DNA of 63,747 nucleotides, counting the filler. It is 13 parts of 13 records of this genome, joined end to end, with 100 filler letters (N's around TTAATTAATTAA, not from the genome) between each part and the next. Parts side by side here need not be neighbours in the genome. Positions count along the whole stretch, not along the records: positions 20,365 to 23,818 come from SRR7504441_8518; positions 23,919 to 27,900 come from SRR7504441_8519; positions 28,001 to 35,856 come from SRR7504441_8522; 10 more parts are not named here. One strand, written 5' to 3'. Numbering within the stretch: the stretch's first letter is position 1; every line of letters begins with the position of its first letter. The translations under genes were made by a program, and so were the position numbers. A model generated the notes under the pieces. It made no database searches and was not told the DNA's origin. It saw only the letters and a program-made list of their open reading frames with translations. Positions 20,426-33,149 of this stretch are shown piece after piece.

Positions 20426-23400
20426 TCACTTGCCCATGCACAGATGGCCAAGCTCTTGACAAAGAGATGCCGGTTCTGTTTCTAGTAGCACCGCCGAAGA
20501 GCCGTGGCAAGTCAGCTGGAGCGCCTCTTGCCGATGCTTTCTGAAGATGTCGTACATTGACCCTTTTTGTTGCTTGTATTTCGCGTCCTGAGGCCGGGAG
20601 TCGTAGGCCTTGGCCGCTTGCTTGGAGCTTTCTTCTTTTTCATGGTCCGCAAGCACACTGCCCATTTGCCGGGTAGTCTTGCTAAGTTCGTTTGAGGACG
20701 CCGGCCTGTCCTTTGAAGGCCGAGCCGTCCCCAGCAGTCTAGCCACAACTTGAGCTTGGTTGTATTTGGAACGAGCCCGGCCATACAGCTCAACGCGGAC
20801 CTTGGAGAACACAGCAAGCTCTATTGAGCAATGCTGCTGGCTTGAGCCAAGCTTGAGCACCCCAGCTTGCGGGTCGGCTTCCTCAATGGTGTCAAACATG
20901 CTGCTTTCATTCACAAACACTGGTGCTTTGAGGTTGAAGTCAGGAACAAACACCAGCAGGCCGTTGCGACGAAGCGAGAAGACAATCGCTTCTGCCTCCT
21001 GTGGGAACTGGGTAAAGTAGAGCCCGGAAAACAGCGCAGTGCACGCCATCTGCACCCGCTTAGAGGCTGCGTTCCGCTCGTTGATGTGCTCAGCGGTCTT
21101 CTCGAGGTATAGCTGAGAGTACTCATGACCGAGCGCGAGCAGTTCACGGTGCACTAAAACGTCGGCATAGCGCCGAATCGGGGAGGTGAAGTGCGTATAG
21201 AAATCAAGCGCCAGCCCATGATGCTTGAAGTCCCGTGGGTCCGGAAGAGTACCTATAGCCGCGCCGCCTCATGGCCCATGCAACTCACGCCGCCCACCGG
21301 TGCAAAAGTAAGTCGCTTCTTCCATGGCGGTCACGGCCAGCCGGCGGAGCAGCTTCAGCTCTTGGGGTGGGACTTGGGTGGCCAGTGCGGCCAAGTGCTT
21401 GCCGAACCCTTGTGCACTGGTATCCAACTCGAGCCCCATCTCGCCGAGCAGCTGCCAACCCATTAGCCTCTATTCACAGCACACTAGTAGGTGCCTGACG
21501 CAGCCCATCGAATTTAGCCCGATCGCTCGGCATCGGGTGCCGCCGGAGCAGCGCAGAGAGCGGGTTGGCGCGATACACCTGCTCAGCCACGCAAGAGTTG
21601 GCAGAGATCATCCATTCGGCGATCATTTGGTTTACCTGTCCCCAATCAGCGTCGGGCATGAGCCGCTGAGCGAGCACCTCGAGGTCCTCGTGCGCCTCGA
21701 TCGCCACGGGACGCAGCTTAGCGTCAAGCTTGAAATCAACCTCGCCACCAGCCAGCTCAATCGCTCCATCCACCGCTCTCTGACTCCGCCGCTTCCGAGC
21801 GACGGCCCGCAGTGCCTCAAGTGAAGGCCGGAGCTCGCTGGCTTGCTCAGCTGGCAACTGGCCAGTCCCCCCAGACAGGATGTCATCAGCCTGAGAGTAC
21901 GCGAGCTGGTGCGCCGACCGGATCACGCTGCGGCCCATCCACGGCTCACCCTTGACTGCGAGCGTCTCGCCATCCAGTGTCCATATGACTGAGACCGCCA
22001 GCCGGTCTTGTTTCTCGAGCAAGGAGCACAGCCCCTCTGAGAGAAGCGTGGGCAGCATGTTAATTCTTCGGTCGGTCAGGTAGATGGTGGTGGCTCGGAG
22101 CTTGGCCTCTTCATCCAGCTTGCTCCCCTCAGCCACGTAATAAGTCACATCTGCGATGTGCACCCCGCACTCAAGATCCCCGTTCGGCAGCGTGTGTGCA
22201 TGCAGCGCGTCATCAACGTCTCGGCATCCGGGTGGGTCGATTGAGCAGATCAATCGCGTCTCGCGTAGGTCCCTCCGGGCGACAATCTCCTCCGGTGGAA
22301 TGCTCCACTCAGGATCGGCAAATTGGACGAGATCGGCCATCACATTGGATGTAAAGTCGGTTGAGTCAAGATCTGCCTCGACCAGCAGCGCCTCAGTCTC
22401 CGTTGATATAGCCCCAACGTCGCCCAGAGAGCGCACCAAATGCCCAGATGGGTGCTTGCTCCCGGGCTGCCAGTCATCTACTGAGACCACAAGTCTCTGG
22501 TCTTTTAGCTGCTGCAGCCGACGAGACCGGAGCCGAATCCGTTCAAACCGAGGGTCCAGAGGGCAGCAGAGCGCCACAAATCCATCTGGCACCGACCCGT
22601 TTTCGTCGACCTGCAAGGTGGCCACCAACGGCCGCCATCTCCGCTCGACCACGGCTTCTACCACGCCGGTCGGCACCAGCTCACCTGAGCTGGTGTCGGC
22701 CTGTGCACCATCCTGCACCAACTGTGAGCCATGTACGCACACGGGCGCACCTCCAGGGCACCGCCCATGATGTCTCCCCGCGCATTGATCCGACGCCGGA
22801 GCCACTCAGCTGCAGGCAGCAGCTTGACGGCCACCACGTCCCCGTGCATTGCATTCCTTCTATGCTCCTTGCTAGGTATGAGCACCCATCTGTGCTCAGA
22901 CCCGGGCGCATTCGGGACCAAACCCTCCCTCAAATGGTGCCGATCTACCCTAAGCGTCCCCTGCACAAGCGACCCCGTCTCCAGTCCGCTGACCACTGCT
23001 GCCTCGCCTATCTCTGACCGGCCACCACTTAGCTTCTGCATCTGCCGCTCCTCATACGCCAGCCATAGAGAGTCAAATGCCGCAACAACGGCCGGCTGCT
23101 CGGCCCAAAACTCCGCCACATACTCGGCCAGTCCCATCGCTCGCACCCCCTCCGCCGTCTCTTCAGGCTCCAGCAGGCCCGCCCGGTGAAGCGCGCGAGC
23201 TTCCAGCCTCACTTCGTCCGCCCGACCCATCTCCCCTGCCCTCTCCAGACGCTCAGCCCGGATCAACCGTCCTGCGGCCCGCTGGCGCTGGCGCATCTGC
23301 GCGGCTTGCTCCGGGGTGGCATGCAGCACCATCACAGGCACCCCTGTCCTCTCCCTGTACCAGTTGCCCACACTCCAGAGCTGCCTGGCTCGAAAGTCAA

Positions 23401-23818
23401 TATCCGGCTCCCAAGGCATCTGGGCGCAGCTCGTGTCGGCCAGACTGTCGTCCATGAACAGCACCGCGCACCGCTTCGGGTCGCGCACCAGAGAAGTGAG
23501 CCTCTCCAAATCTCTGTAGTGCTTCTTCTCCTGGAGCGGCTCGAGCTGCGACTGTAAGATGATCAGATTTCTCCAGACTCCAAGCCCGAACAGCTCCCTG
23601 AACCCGACCAGCGTCTCGCCGGTGGGGATCAGATAGTGCGCGGCGTCGGGCTCGAGTACGCCTTCGCCCCACGAAATATCGGATCGCATGTACCGCTCGT
23701 GCGGCCGAGTGATCAGCCGCGGTCCGCTGCGGAAGGCCCGCACCCGCACCTTGCTGTGCACGCCGACCCACCCGGCCTGCTCCGGCGCTGGTTCTGGCTC
23801 GGGCTCCGGCTCGGGCTC
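20426..23818 (-). CDS. DIS3/Rrp44-family RNB exoribonuclease (DIS3L-like), 5'-truncated
   Basis: ERYMRSDI, degenerate [14 protein letters not shown] (CSD), [62 protein letters not shown]-terminal S1-like region; several mini-introns. Confidence 0.9.
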
Positions 23819-24265
23819 NNNNNNNNNNNNNNNNNNNNNNNNNNNNNNNNNNNNNNNNNNNNTTAATTAATTAANNNNNNNNNNNNNNNNNNNNNNNNNN
23901 NNNNNNNNNNNNNNNNNNGTACAGTATTTCAGTATCGACAGCCCTCTGAATAAAAATTCATCTCCTCGCGTCAACCGGATGTTTTATACATGTATGTACC
24001 ATCATTGGAGTTTCGAATCTTGATGAGATTGAAGATCGCGTGCGAGGCATGATTATTTGGCCCGGCTTCGTAAGGTACTTGACATTGTCATCCTAATCAA
24101 TATCGTTCTCAGCTGGCAATTTTTTATAATTAAGAAGTACAGCTGTACTTGAAATACCGGCAGCTGACCGGTCGTCGAGTCGTGCAAATAAAACCTTTGC
24201 TGGACTGCTGGACTCGGGGGAGGTGCAGTCACTGCGCAGTGCAGCCTGGCGTGCTTTGCACACTG

Positions 24266-24794
24266 ATGTCAAGAGCCTCAATCGCACCGTCGGCTCGGCT
24301 CGTAGTGCTCGGTTTGCTCGTGACCTTGATCTACGTCTGCGTTCATACAGCCTGGACGCGCAGCGATAGGCTGCAGCGGCTCGAACAGCGCTTGAGTAGT
24401 CTGGACCTCCGCTTTCCAACGAGCGACCGCCAGCTTGACTGTGCGGCCACACGCACCTCCACAGTGCACCGCGAGCCGTTCTGGCCGGCCAGCCAGGTGC
24501 TGGTATGGCCGCGGCGCGCTCACGGCCGCTGGCCAGGGCCAGAGCGTCACTGGTGGGGCCTCTGTGTGGGGTCCATCGCTGGCCTGCAGGTCGGTGGTGC
24601 GGCTGGGTGCGGCCGGCACGGTGGCAGGCTGGATGGGGACCGGTGCGGCGGCATGCCATAGCAACCACGGCACCGCGCAGCCATGCAGCAGCAGCAGCGC
24701 CGCGCAGCCGATGCAGTACTGCCTCCGGACCATCACTGCATCACAGCCAAGCTTTCTGTGTGAACGACGTCAGGCCGATGGGCGCCCGTACTAG
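24266..24794 (+). CDS. Small hypothetical type II membrane or secreted protein
   Basis: N-terminal hydrophobic segment LVVLGLLVTLIYVCV, short coiled coil, one predicted 40-nt intron, Cys-containing C-terminus. Confidence 0.4.
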
Positions 24795-25001
24795 TGCGAG
24801 GGCTGAGTTCCGACTCGATCAGATGTAGATCATTTAGTGAATGTCTCGTTTCTATCTAAGCACTTGGGTAAATGTAGACCTAATTTGTAAAGTTTGAGGG
24901 GATCAAACTTGTGATGATGCATACGTAGCATGACTGATTCGATGATTAGGATCGCTTTGGCACCGCGCTGATGCTGAGCTAGTGAAGCGTCTATTTCAGG
25001 T

Positions 25002-25740
25002 TCATTCGTCCACCAGGTCGTTGAAACTCTCTTGCAGCTGGTTAAGCCCGCGCACCTGCAGTAGCTTTGACTCCGCGTCGACCTCGCCCACAAGCCTATG
25101 GACATGCCCAACGTCTGTGATCAGGAATGCCACTCCCGTCAGCAATGCCACGATCAGAACCATGTACAGCATGCACCAGATCAGACACTTGGGCGGCCCC
25201 TGCCGCCAAATCAGCCTGAGAGCGCTCCGGGGCGGCGCACGAATAGGCTCAGGTCGTCCGCGAGAACTTTGCCAGTCTCCGCGATCTGGTCGATCGTCCC
25301 CGCAAGCTCCTCCAGGACCACACCCTGCCGGGCGCCGCTCCGCATGGGTGGACCGGGCAGTCCGGCTCACCTGGTGTTCCACCTTGGCCGTGGCCTGGGC
25401 GATCGCCTCCCTCTGCTCCATCTGCTTGCGCTCTGCCTCCTGCGTGACCGCTCGCTCGCTCCCGCCGCCCGGCCGGTTGGCACCCGTAGCAGGCTGCGTT
25501 TGTCTACTTGGCTGGAGGAGATGACCCGGCACGACTCGAGCGCCGCCTCGAGGGTGGCCTCACGCTGGTGGTTGCTCTGTACCCAGCTGAGAAGCCCATC
25601 CCGCAGCCGGCCCAGCGACGTCTTGGCCTGCTCCTGGCCCGCGGACACGATCGGGGTGGCCTCGTCGGGCAGCCCGGTCTCGTCTGGCACCAGGGTCAGC
25701 CTGCTGCCGGCGGCCCGCACGCCGCACCAGCGGCAGCCAT
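25002..25740 (-). CDS. SNARE-like coiled-coil membrane protein
   Basis: Spliced MAAADETGLP...QGVVLEELAGTIDQIAETGKVLADDL, then TM LIWCMLYMVLIVALLTGVAFLI; 4 GT-AG mini-introns. Confidence 0.5.
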
Positions 25741-25820
25741 GGCGACCTCAGCACGCTGGATCTCCTCCCATTGCGCAAACCGAAAACGAAAGAATTTTAT
25801 GCGATCACGATGCGGGCACG

Positions 25821-26464
25821 ATGAGTAGCGGGCCTCTGAGCCACGCGCGGGCGATCCAGCTGTCCAGCGACGTGGGCGGGATCATCGGGGAGAACGATCA
25901 GCTGCGCGCGGCGCTGGCCGGGCTCGAGCGCCAGAACGCTGAGCTGCACGACCGGCTGCGGCTGGCCGGGCTGCGCGAGCACCGGGACGGGATGCTTCAG
26001 GCCGCGATCGCCGCCAGACCCGAGCCAGAGCCGGAACCCGGGCTGCTCGGGAAGCTGATGGCGCTCGGGGAGGAGAACGGGCTGATGGGCAGCCGGCTGG
26101 CCGAGCTGGAGGCCCGGCTAAAGGGGGACAAGCGGGTGGCCCAGGCGCTCCACGCGGCCGACCTGCGGCGAGTCGGGCTCCAGCGGTTGCGGCTGTTGGC
26201 CTGGGGGCACTGGCTGGGGTGTGTGGCCGCGGCAGTCCGCTGTTGGTCTGTGAGGTGCCGCTGGGGGCACCGGGCCGTCGGTGTAGCCGGGCGGCAGGTG
26301 CCTGCGCGGTGTGCGCGAGCGGATGGCGGCCGACTGGCGGGCTGAGGAGCGGGCGCTGCGAGCTCAGGCGCGGCCCAGTATCGGCTGCGCTGATAGCTCG
26401 GTAACAGGTTGGCCAGATTAAGGAGGAGCTAGCACGGTTAGCATTCGCCAGTGGGTGTTCGTAA
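25821..26464 (+). CDS. Hypothetical coiled-coil protein
   Basis: MSSGPLSH...ENDQLRAALAGLERQNAEL; an intron starting near 26254 and possibly a GC-AG intron at 26368-26407. Confidence 0.5.
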
Positions 26465-26889
26465 GCTGTGATGAGGCCGCAGTGTACTCGTCGTACGTAG
26501 CCGTAATGAGGGCCCCGCACAAGTCGACGTGGCTCTCAGTTTAATATGTAACCTTATAGTTTATTTGCTCAGTAATGTTCATTGGTCTCAGCCGACTGTA
26601 ACTATAGTACAATGTCACATAGAATTTTGTACGAGTACATGACTGTACGATCGCGAGTACGTACGTACGGTACATGATATGGTACTTTGTAGTACATGAT
26701 TGTTACATGATTGTAAGCTTACTCACTGACAGAGTGATTGTGTACCCGTACTGTCAGACATGTACGTATTCGTACGAGTACTCGTGTAAGTACAGGTCTA
26801 CTTACATACAAGTTACTAGTACTTACTATCTACTTTGCAAGAACTTCGGATACAACTCCGCCTCGATTAATTGCAACACCTGCCAGCGA

Positions 26890-27900
26890 TCAGGCCGTAA
26901 CCACCCCAGTCCGGTTCACCTCTTCCATCACCGGGTCGAACACATGACTCAGCTCGCCCGTCGGCTCGCCGCACTCGCTCTCCACCAGGGCCAGCACATC
27001 CGCCGGCAGCACGATCCGACTCTCAGCTGCAACGGCTCGCACCAGCCCGGGCATGCGGGCACCGGTGGCCGCCAGATACTTTTCGAATATCACCCCGGCG
27101 GTCTGGGAGAGCACCAGATTCTCTTCCGGCCCCAGCGATTCGGCCAGCTCGCAGTGATCCTTAACGTCCTGCCAGAACACCAGCCACCGCTCGCCCTCCG
27201 GCTGCTCCCGCCTGCCCGGCCTGCGCGTCCAGCCAGCCCTGTGCTGCACCTGGCGAACTCTCGCAGCTCAGCGAGCCGGTCCGAACTCCCCAGCAGCGCC
27301 TTCAGCTCAGATTCCGCCGGCTGACTAGCGCGGCACTCATCCAGCGCTGCCCCAAGCTCGGCCGTCTTGGCCAGCAGCTCCGCCCGCTCTCGCTCCGCCT
27401 CGGCCAGCTGCGCACTCACCTGCATGCGTGCTCAGCCCAGTACACTGCTCGCTGGCAGCACCGTCTCCAGCTGGGCGCTCTGCTCTCCTAGTTTGGTCTG
27501 AAGCTCCGCCGCGCTCGCCTGCGCCTCGGCCGCCCGCTGCTCCAACTGCAGCTTGTCCTGGCGCAGCTGGCCGTTCTTGGCCTGCTCCGCGGTGTAGTCC
27601 TCCCGAAGCCGTTCCTCCCGCTGGCCTGCACTGGTCAAATGCTCTCGCAGCGTCGCCAGCTGCCACCCAGTCAGCTGCGCCCGGGGGGATCGCACCTCCG
27701 AGCACTTGGCCTCGAGCGATGCCTGAGTCTCGTCCCTGGCCGCCTCCATCTGGCCCATCTGGGCGGCCAGAGTGGCGGCCTCCCCCTTGCACTCAGCCCT
27801 GAGCCGTTCAAGCTCCACCCTCGCCTTGGACCCGGACGCCTCGTGCGCCTCGACTACGGCGGCCAGCTCGGCGTGCTGTGCCGACTTGGCCAGCAGCTCG
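26890..27900 (-). CDS. Coiled-coil protein with a C-terminal RGS-like domain, 5'-truncated
   Basis: LAELREFA...ERWLVFWQDVKDH...AGVIFEKYL...IVLPADVL...VFDPVMEEV follows the RGS pattern (FL..E.L.FW..V...A..IY.KY..FD.A..EV). Confidence 0.6.
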
Positions 27901-28000
27901 NNNNNNNNNNNNNNNNNNNNNNNNNNNNNNNNNNNNNNNNNNNNTTAATTAATTAANNNNNNNNNNNNNNNNNNNNNNNNNNNNNNNNNNNNNNNNNNNN

Positions 28001-30300
28001 AGTGCCGCATCTGCCTGAGCCTGCCACTGCCCCGGGGCTGGCATAGCTTCACCCAAGCCCACAGCATGCTCAAAGGGGTGTACCGTGACCGCTTCGTCCA
28101 GCGCCTTGAGAGCCACCGCCAACTCATCGCGCAACTGCCTCTCAACTACCACCTGCTCATCCCTGCTTGCCACTGCCTCCTCCCTGGCTGCCTCTGCTGC
28201 CAGCCACTTGGTCTGCAACAGCTTGCCTGACTCATGCAGCTCGTCTGCTTCCTGCCGAGCCGAGTCCCACTCCCTCTGCAGCTGCGCTTGCATGGCCAGA
28301 GCCTGCTCACACGCCGCTGCAGCCACGTCCCTCTCGATCTGAAGCTGCTCGCTCGGCTCAACAGCCTCACTCCTGGCCAGCGCTGTGTCCCTCTCACTCA
28401 GCAGCCTGGCCTGCGCTGCCACTGCAAAATCCCTCGCTTTGAGCGCGCTGGCCACCTCGCCACGCAGTTGCTCCTCCATTTCGTCCATGGCCGTCACAGT
28501 TGCATCCCTCGCTTCGAGCGCTCTCAAAACTTCAATTTTAGACTGTTCTACCAGAGCCTGCAGCTGCCTGTGCACCGACTCCTTGTCACCCGCCCTCTCA
28601 TTCTCTCTGGCCTCTGCTACAGCTGCCGCCCTATTCATGACCGTTAGCCGCTCTCGCAGCCTCGTGTTCTCTGCCTCCAGAGACTGCTTAGCTGCCTCGC
28701 TGGCCTGCTCTCGTAGAGTGGACGCTTCCAGCCTGCTTGTGAGCACACTGCCCTCCTCTGCCATTGCCATCAGCTGAGAGCTCATCTCGCTCACCCGCGT
28801 GCTCTCACCCGCCCCCATCAGTGCTGACATCCCCGCACCTAGCCCGGGCTGCGAACGACACAGCAGTGCGTCTGAATGGAGCGCCCTAGCATGCTCCATC
28901 TGCCTGCTCTTCTCGGCCAGCTCCCAAGCTGCTGCGCTCATCTGTTGCTGCACCTGCCCTGCCGTAAGCCCAGCGCTTACAAGGCACATGCCTGCTGCGC
29001 CACCGCCCGCAGCTCGTTGTACATGCCTTCCATACGAGCTATTCGTGCCTCCATCCCACCGACCTCGCTCTGCCCCAGAGCTCAACGCCGCCCACCCGGC
29101 TGTCCACCTTGGCTGCCGCCCCCCGGCCTTCATTGAGTGAGATGCTCTGTTCTAGACCGAGCAGCCCGGCGCTAATGTCTACTCTAGCCTGCCCGAGACC
29201 CGCTACCCTCTCCTGCAGACCTATTTGCCTCTGCAACAGCCCACTCTGCGTCTGCTCCAACCCGCCGAGCGCCGACTCGAGCACCGCCAGTCTGCCCTCC
29301 GCCTCCTTCCGCCCTGCTGTGGCCGCGCGCGCCGCCTGCTCTGCCTCCTCCCTCCTTGCTCTCTCGTGCTCCAGCCGGAACCTCGAACAAACCGCACCGA
29401 GCTTGGCTTGAGCCAGCTCAGACCGGGCCACGCGCGCCTGCTGCTGGCTGTGCTGCTGCTGCCAGCTCCGCAGCTGCTGATCGGCCTGGGCTGCCTGCGC
29501 GGTCATCCGCGCCTGCTGCTCTGCCATTGCACCAACGAACCCCATTTCCATCTCCTTGAGCTCCTTGCTGTGCGCCCGCGCCGCCGCCGTCAGCGCCTTA
29601 GAGTGCTCGCACGCCGCCTCGGCCGCCTCGGCCCGAAGTTCCCGCAGCTGCTCGCCCGAGTCGGCACGGAGCTTGATTAACTCCAGCTCGAGTGCTCGCC
29701 GCTTCGCTTCGACTACTGCCCCAGACTGCCCGGCAGGCTCCGTGTCGACCGGCCCGGTCTGGCTGTCACAGTAGTCCGCCAGCCGGTCCCGCCACCGCGG
29801 CTCGGGCTCGGACCTGACCGCCTGCTCCACCACCTCGGCCGCTGTCCGCGCCAGCGAGTCTGGTGCGCTCTGCTCGGCCCGGGCGGCCGCTGGGACCTCG
29901 GTGACTGCCAGCCAGCGCCGGGCGGCCTGGGCGGCGGCCTGGCCAACAGGTCAGCCAGCCCGGCCGGTGGCGCGCACCAGCAGAGCCCCGGGCCGCTGAG
30001 ACACCCGCAGATTCGCGCCGTCGTCGCCGTCGCTGTCGTCACTCCAGCGCTGCGCCGCGGGCTTAGCAGGGAAGCGGCGGTGCAGGCGGACCGGCTGGCT
30101 GCTGGCGGAAGGGCGCGGCCCGGGCGGGGAAGGCTCGTCGTCGACAGTGTCGGTGTCGGAGGAAGTGCCGGTGAACAGCAGGCTGGCTCGGGTTGCCAGC
30201 GGCCGATCCTGTCCGCAGTCAGCCGCTGGCGGCAGTGGGCGCGCACCTTCATGGCGCTAGCCCAGGTGCGGCGGAGCCGGCTGTCCCTCCGCGGCGGCAT
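28001..30300 (-). CDS. Long coiled-coil protein, multi-exon, 3'-truncated; start uncertain
   Basis: E/A/R/Q-rich heptad ORFs 29039-29833 and 28001-29133 linked by mini-introns. Confidence 0.55.
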
Positions 30301-30581
30301 GGCCTACCGCGGCGGGAGGCGCCGAGCAGTGCTCGCCGCGGGGCGGTGTGCGATTCGTACAAACGGCAAGGAGGGTCGGAGGAAACTGGCTTGAAAACCC
30401 GCCGTCCAGCTCGCCGCCTGGCTCCTCACTCGACCCGGGCAAATTGGCCATCACAATATTTCAGATATATTTTAATTTTAGACTAAGTTTGAGGAGTGTC
30501 TAGTCCTCATGTGCCACAAACTGTAGCACTGTGAACAATCGAATCGGTCGATCGCAGTTGCTCGGCGCGGCCGAGTTTGGC

Positions 30582-32931
30582 TCATTCCTCCATCATGAAC
30601 CCAAACGTCTCGTTCTCAATCACCATCTTCAAGTGCTTGGCCATGGTCTTCTTGTCCTTGTACTCTTGGATGTCGATCCTGTTGAAGCACGTATGCGACC
30701 TCGGGATAGCATGAGTGCAGCTCGGATCGATCGCGAGCGTGAACATGCAGCTCTTGCCCTTGGCCGACTGCAGCCCCTTGAAACCCTCCACCGGCACCCT
30801 GGACGATCCGGTGGCAAACTGGAGCAGCTTGCCCCTGTCCTCCATCGAGAAGCTCTCTACAACTTGCCAGAACCACTCGACCACTTGGCTAGAGTCCTTG
30901 AACTCGCCTGTGTACTGGGTGTAAGTCCGCCACTGGCCGAGATCCAGCTCGTGCTGCCCACTCAGCAGCAAGTCAAACTCGTCGACGTCGAATATCGTCA
31001 GCAGCTTGTCACACTCGGGCACCACCTGCCAGCCAAACTCATCACACAGCGGCCGAGCAGCACACCTCCCAGAAACCCTCACAGAAGCTGACCAGCTGAG
31101 CTTTGAAGGCCGTCTGCAGATACCATCGGGCCTTGAGCTCGATGAAGTCCTCCTTGTTCTCATCGGTCACGACCAGCTCCACGCCGCCCGCGATCAGCTC
31201 GTGAGGCTGCTCTTCGCCCTCGATCGTCACGGAGAACGTTTCGAACAAAACATCCTGCACCGCGTGCTGGCGCATCCAGACCAGAGAGCTGTGCATCGCC
31301 GGGTCCAGGTCCTGCAGGTCGTCCAGCCCCACCGCGATCCGGAGCAGATGTTTCCTCATCGGGCCGGCCAGCCGTGCAGTGATGTTGTACCCGTCTATCA
31401 GGGCCTTGCCAAACACCCGACCTGTGAACCGGTAGAACTCCAGAGTCTCAGGCGCATCTCCGGAGCGCGGGTCGATCATGTAGCACACCTCCTCGCACGG
31501 GGCTTGCGTAAACAGCCCCACGATTGGCGAGAAGAACGCCTCAGTGAACAGCATGTACACCTCCCGCGTCACCCCGCCCACGTCCTGATAGAAATCCGTC
31601 TCACGCTGCATCCTGTAACGGAACGTCCGGCAGAACTCGGCCGGCTCGATCGCCAGGAAACGGTCCCTAGCGTGCTCGAGCATGCCTGCCCCGAGGCTCA
31701 GCGGGCGCTCGGCAGTGCGGCACACCGGTTCGCATTATCTCTAGCCGGATAGGGCCGTCCGGCGCCTCAGCCGGGATCATGTACTGCTCGAGCTGGTGCC
31801 GGAACCACTCGGTCTTCTGGCCGAGAGGCAGGTTGGCCACATCGAGCACCTTCAACCCGCCAAACCGCGCTGCGAGCTGCAGGTCATCCGAGCGCACCTG
31901 CGGGCGATCAGCAGGGCCAAGGCGCAGCGAGCCACCTGCCACTTGCTCCCGTCGAGCCCGCTGCGCGCCACCCAGGTGACCGGCTCCGCGGGCGGCAAGG
32001 CGCTCTGCTCGACCCGAAGGGCTTGGACCTCAATCCACTGAACTGAGCTCTTCCGATCAGCTGCCCGAACCCAACGGATGGCCGCGTGCTCATGCTTGCA
32101 GCGCAGCTTGAACTCGCGCGCCGCGTGGATAAAGCCCCAGCCCTTCGGGGCCCCGAAGCTCCGCCTTGGAGGCTCATGTGGCCGGGCTTCAGCCGCTGGA
32201 ACTGCCGAGAGAGGCAAAGCTTCGCTCCGACTCGACTGTCGCTGGGTGGACGCGCTGGCTTGCATCATGAATTGCTGCCCGCACCGCATACACATGTTGA
32301 TCGTGCCCGGCAGCGCCATGAGGTGTGAGCTGCATTGTGGGCAGACCGTCCTCACAGAGAGCTGCCGACCCACCCTCTGGCCAGGCGGGAGCGCCAGGCT
32401 GTCTTGCAGATGCCTCGGCAACTGCACTTGGAACGTGGCCGAGCAGTCCCCGCACCGCATCATTCCCATCGACTGCAACAGCTCTCCGGTCTTCGCCGAC
32501 AGCACCTGTTGGCAGCCCGGACATTGCACTTGAACAATCCGCTCGGCTTGCCGCCGCTGACGCGTGGCCGTGACCTCGTGATCGAACCGGGCTTGCTCCG
32601 CCATCAACGCCGCTCGCCGCTGTGTCGGAGATAACGGCCCCACGTGCTCGCTCGGCGGCGGCGGCGGCGGGGATTGGCCGGATGCTCGGTGCGGGCAGGC
32701 CTGGGTGCGGTTGTCGTTCAGGTTCGACGAAGAAGGGGCCATGAACCGCTGGCCGCAGGGGCACATATTGACCACCCCGACTTGGGCCATCAGCGTCTGG
32801 TAACACTTTGGGCACTGAACGTAGGTGTTCTGCGAGCTCGACCGGCCGTTTGAGGACGAGGTGGCATTCTGGGCGCCCTCCTCCTCGGCGCTCGAGTCGC
32901 TGCCCATGGAGTCACTCACACAAAGCCCCAT
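30582..32931 (-). CDS. HECT E3 ubiquitin ligase with N-terminal CxxC zinc ribbons
   Basis: DVGGVTRE, FTGRVFGKAL, VTDENKEDFI, WFWQVV, LLQFATGSSRVP, PRSHTCFNRID (catalytic Cys); N-terminal MGLCVS and three CxxC...CxxC units. Confidence 0.92.
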
Positions 32932-33149
32932 GTCTTCCCCGTCTTGAACGGGTTATCGCGCGCCGGTGCGCGCGCAACAAGTGAGCAGCCGCGTCACCGC
33001 GTGCGCGAGAGCGCCATCAACTTGCTGCAAGACCTTCAGTTCCGTTGAGCGACACTTGATCGACTTGAGAAAAGAAAAATGCGTGAAAAATGCTTTTAAT
33101 TCCTATCGAGGAGCCACTCTACCCTAGCTCCTTCGGGCCGACAGCTAAG

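Noticed and set aside
26674-27324. 216-aa plus-strand ORF (YSYEYS-containing) as a gene
   Set aside because: It is a translation of GTAC-rich intergenic DNA plus the antisense of the RGS-like gene.
32047-32058. GCTCTTCCGATC as an adapter remnant
   Set aside because: It is internal, in frame within the HECT gene (DRKS on the minus strand), and lacks the terminal T; probably coincidental.
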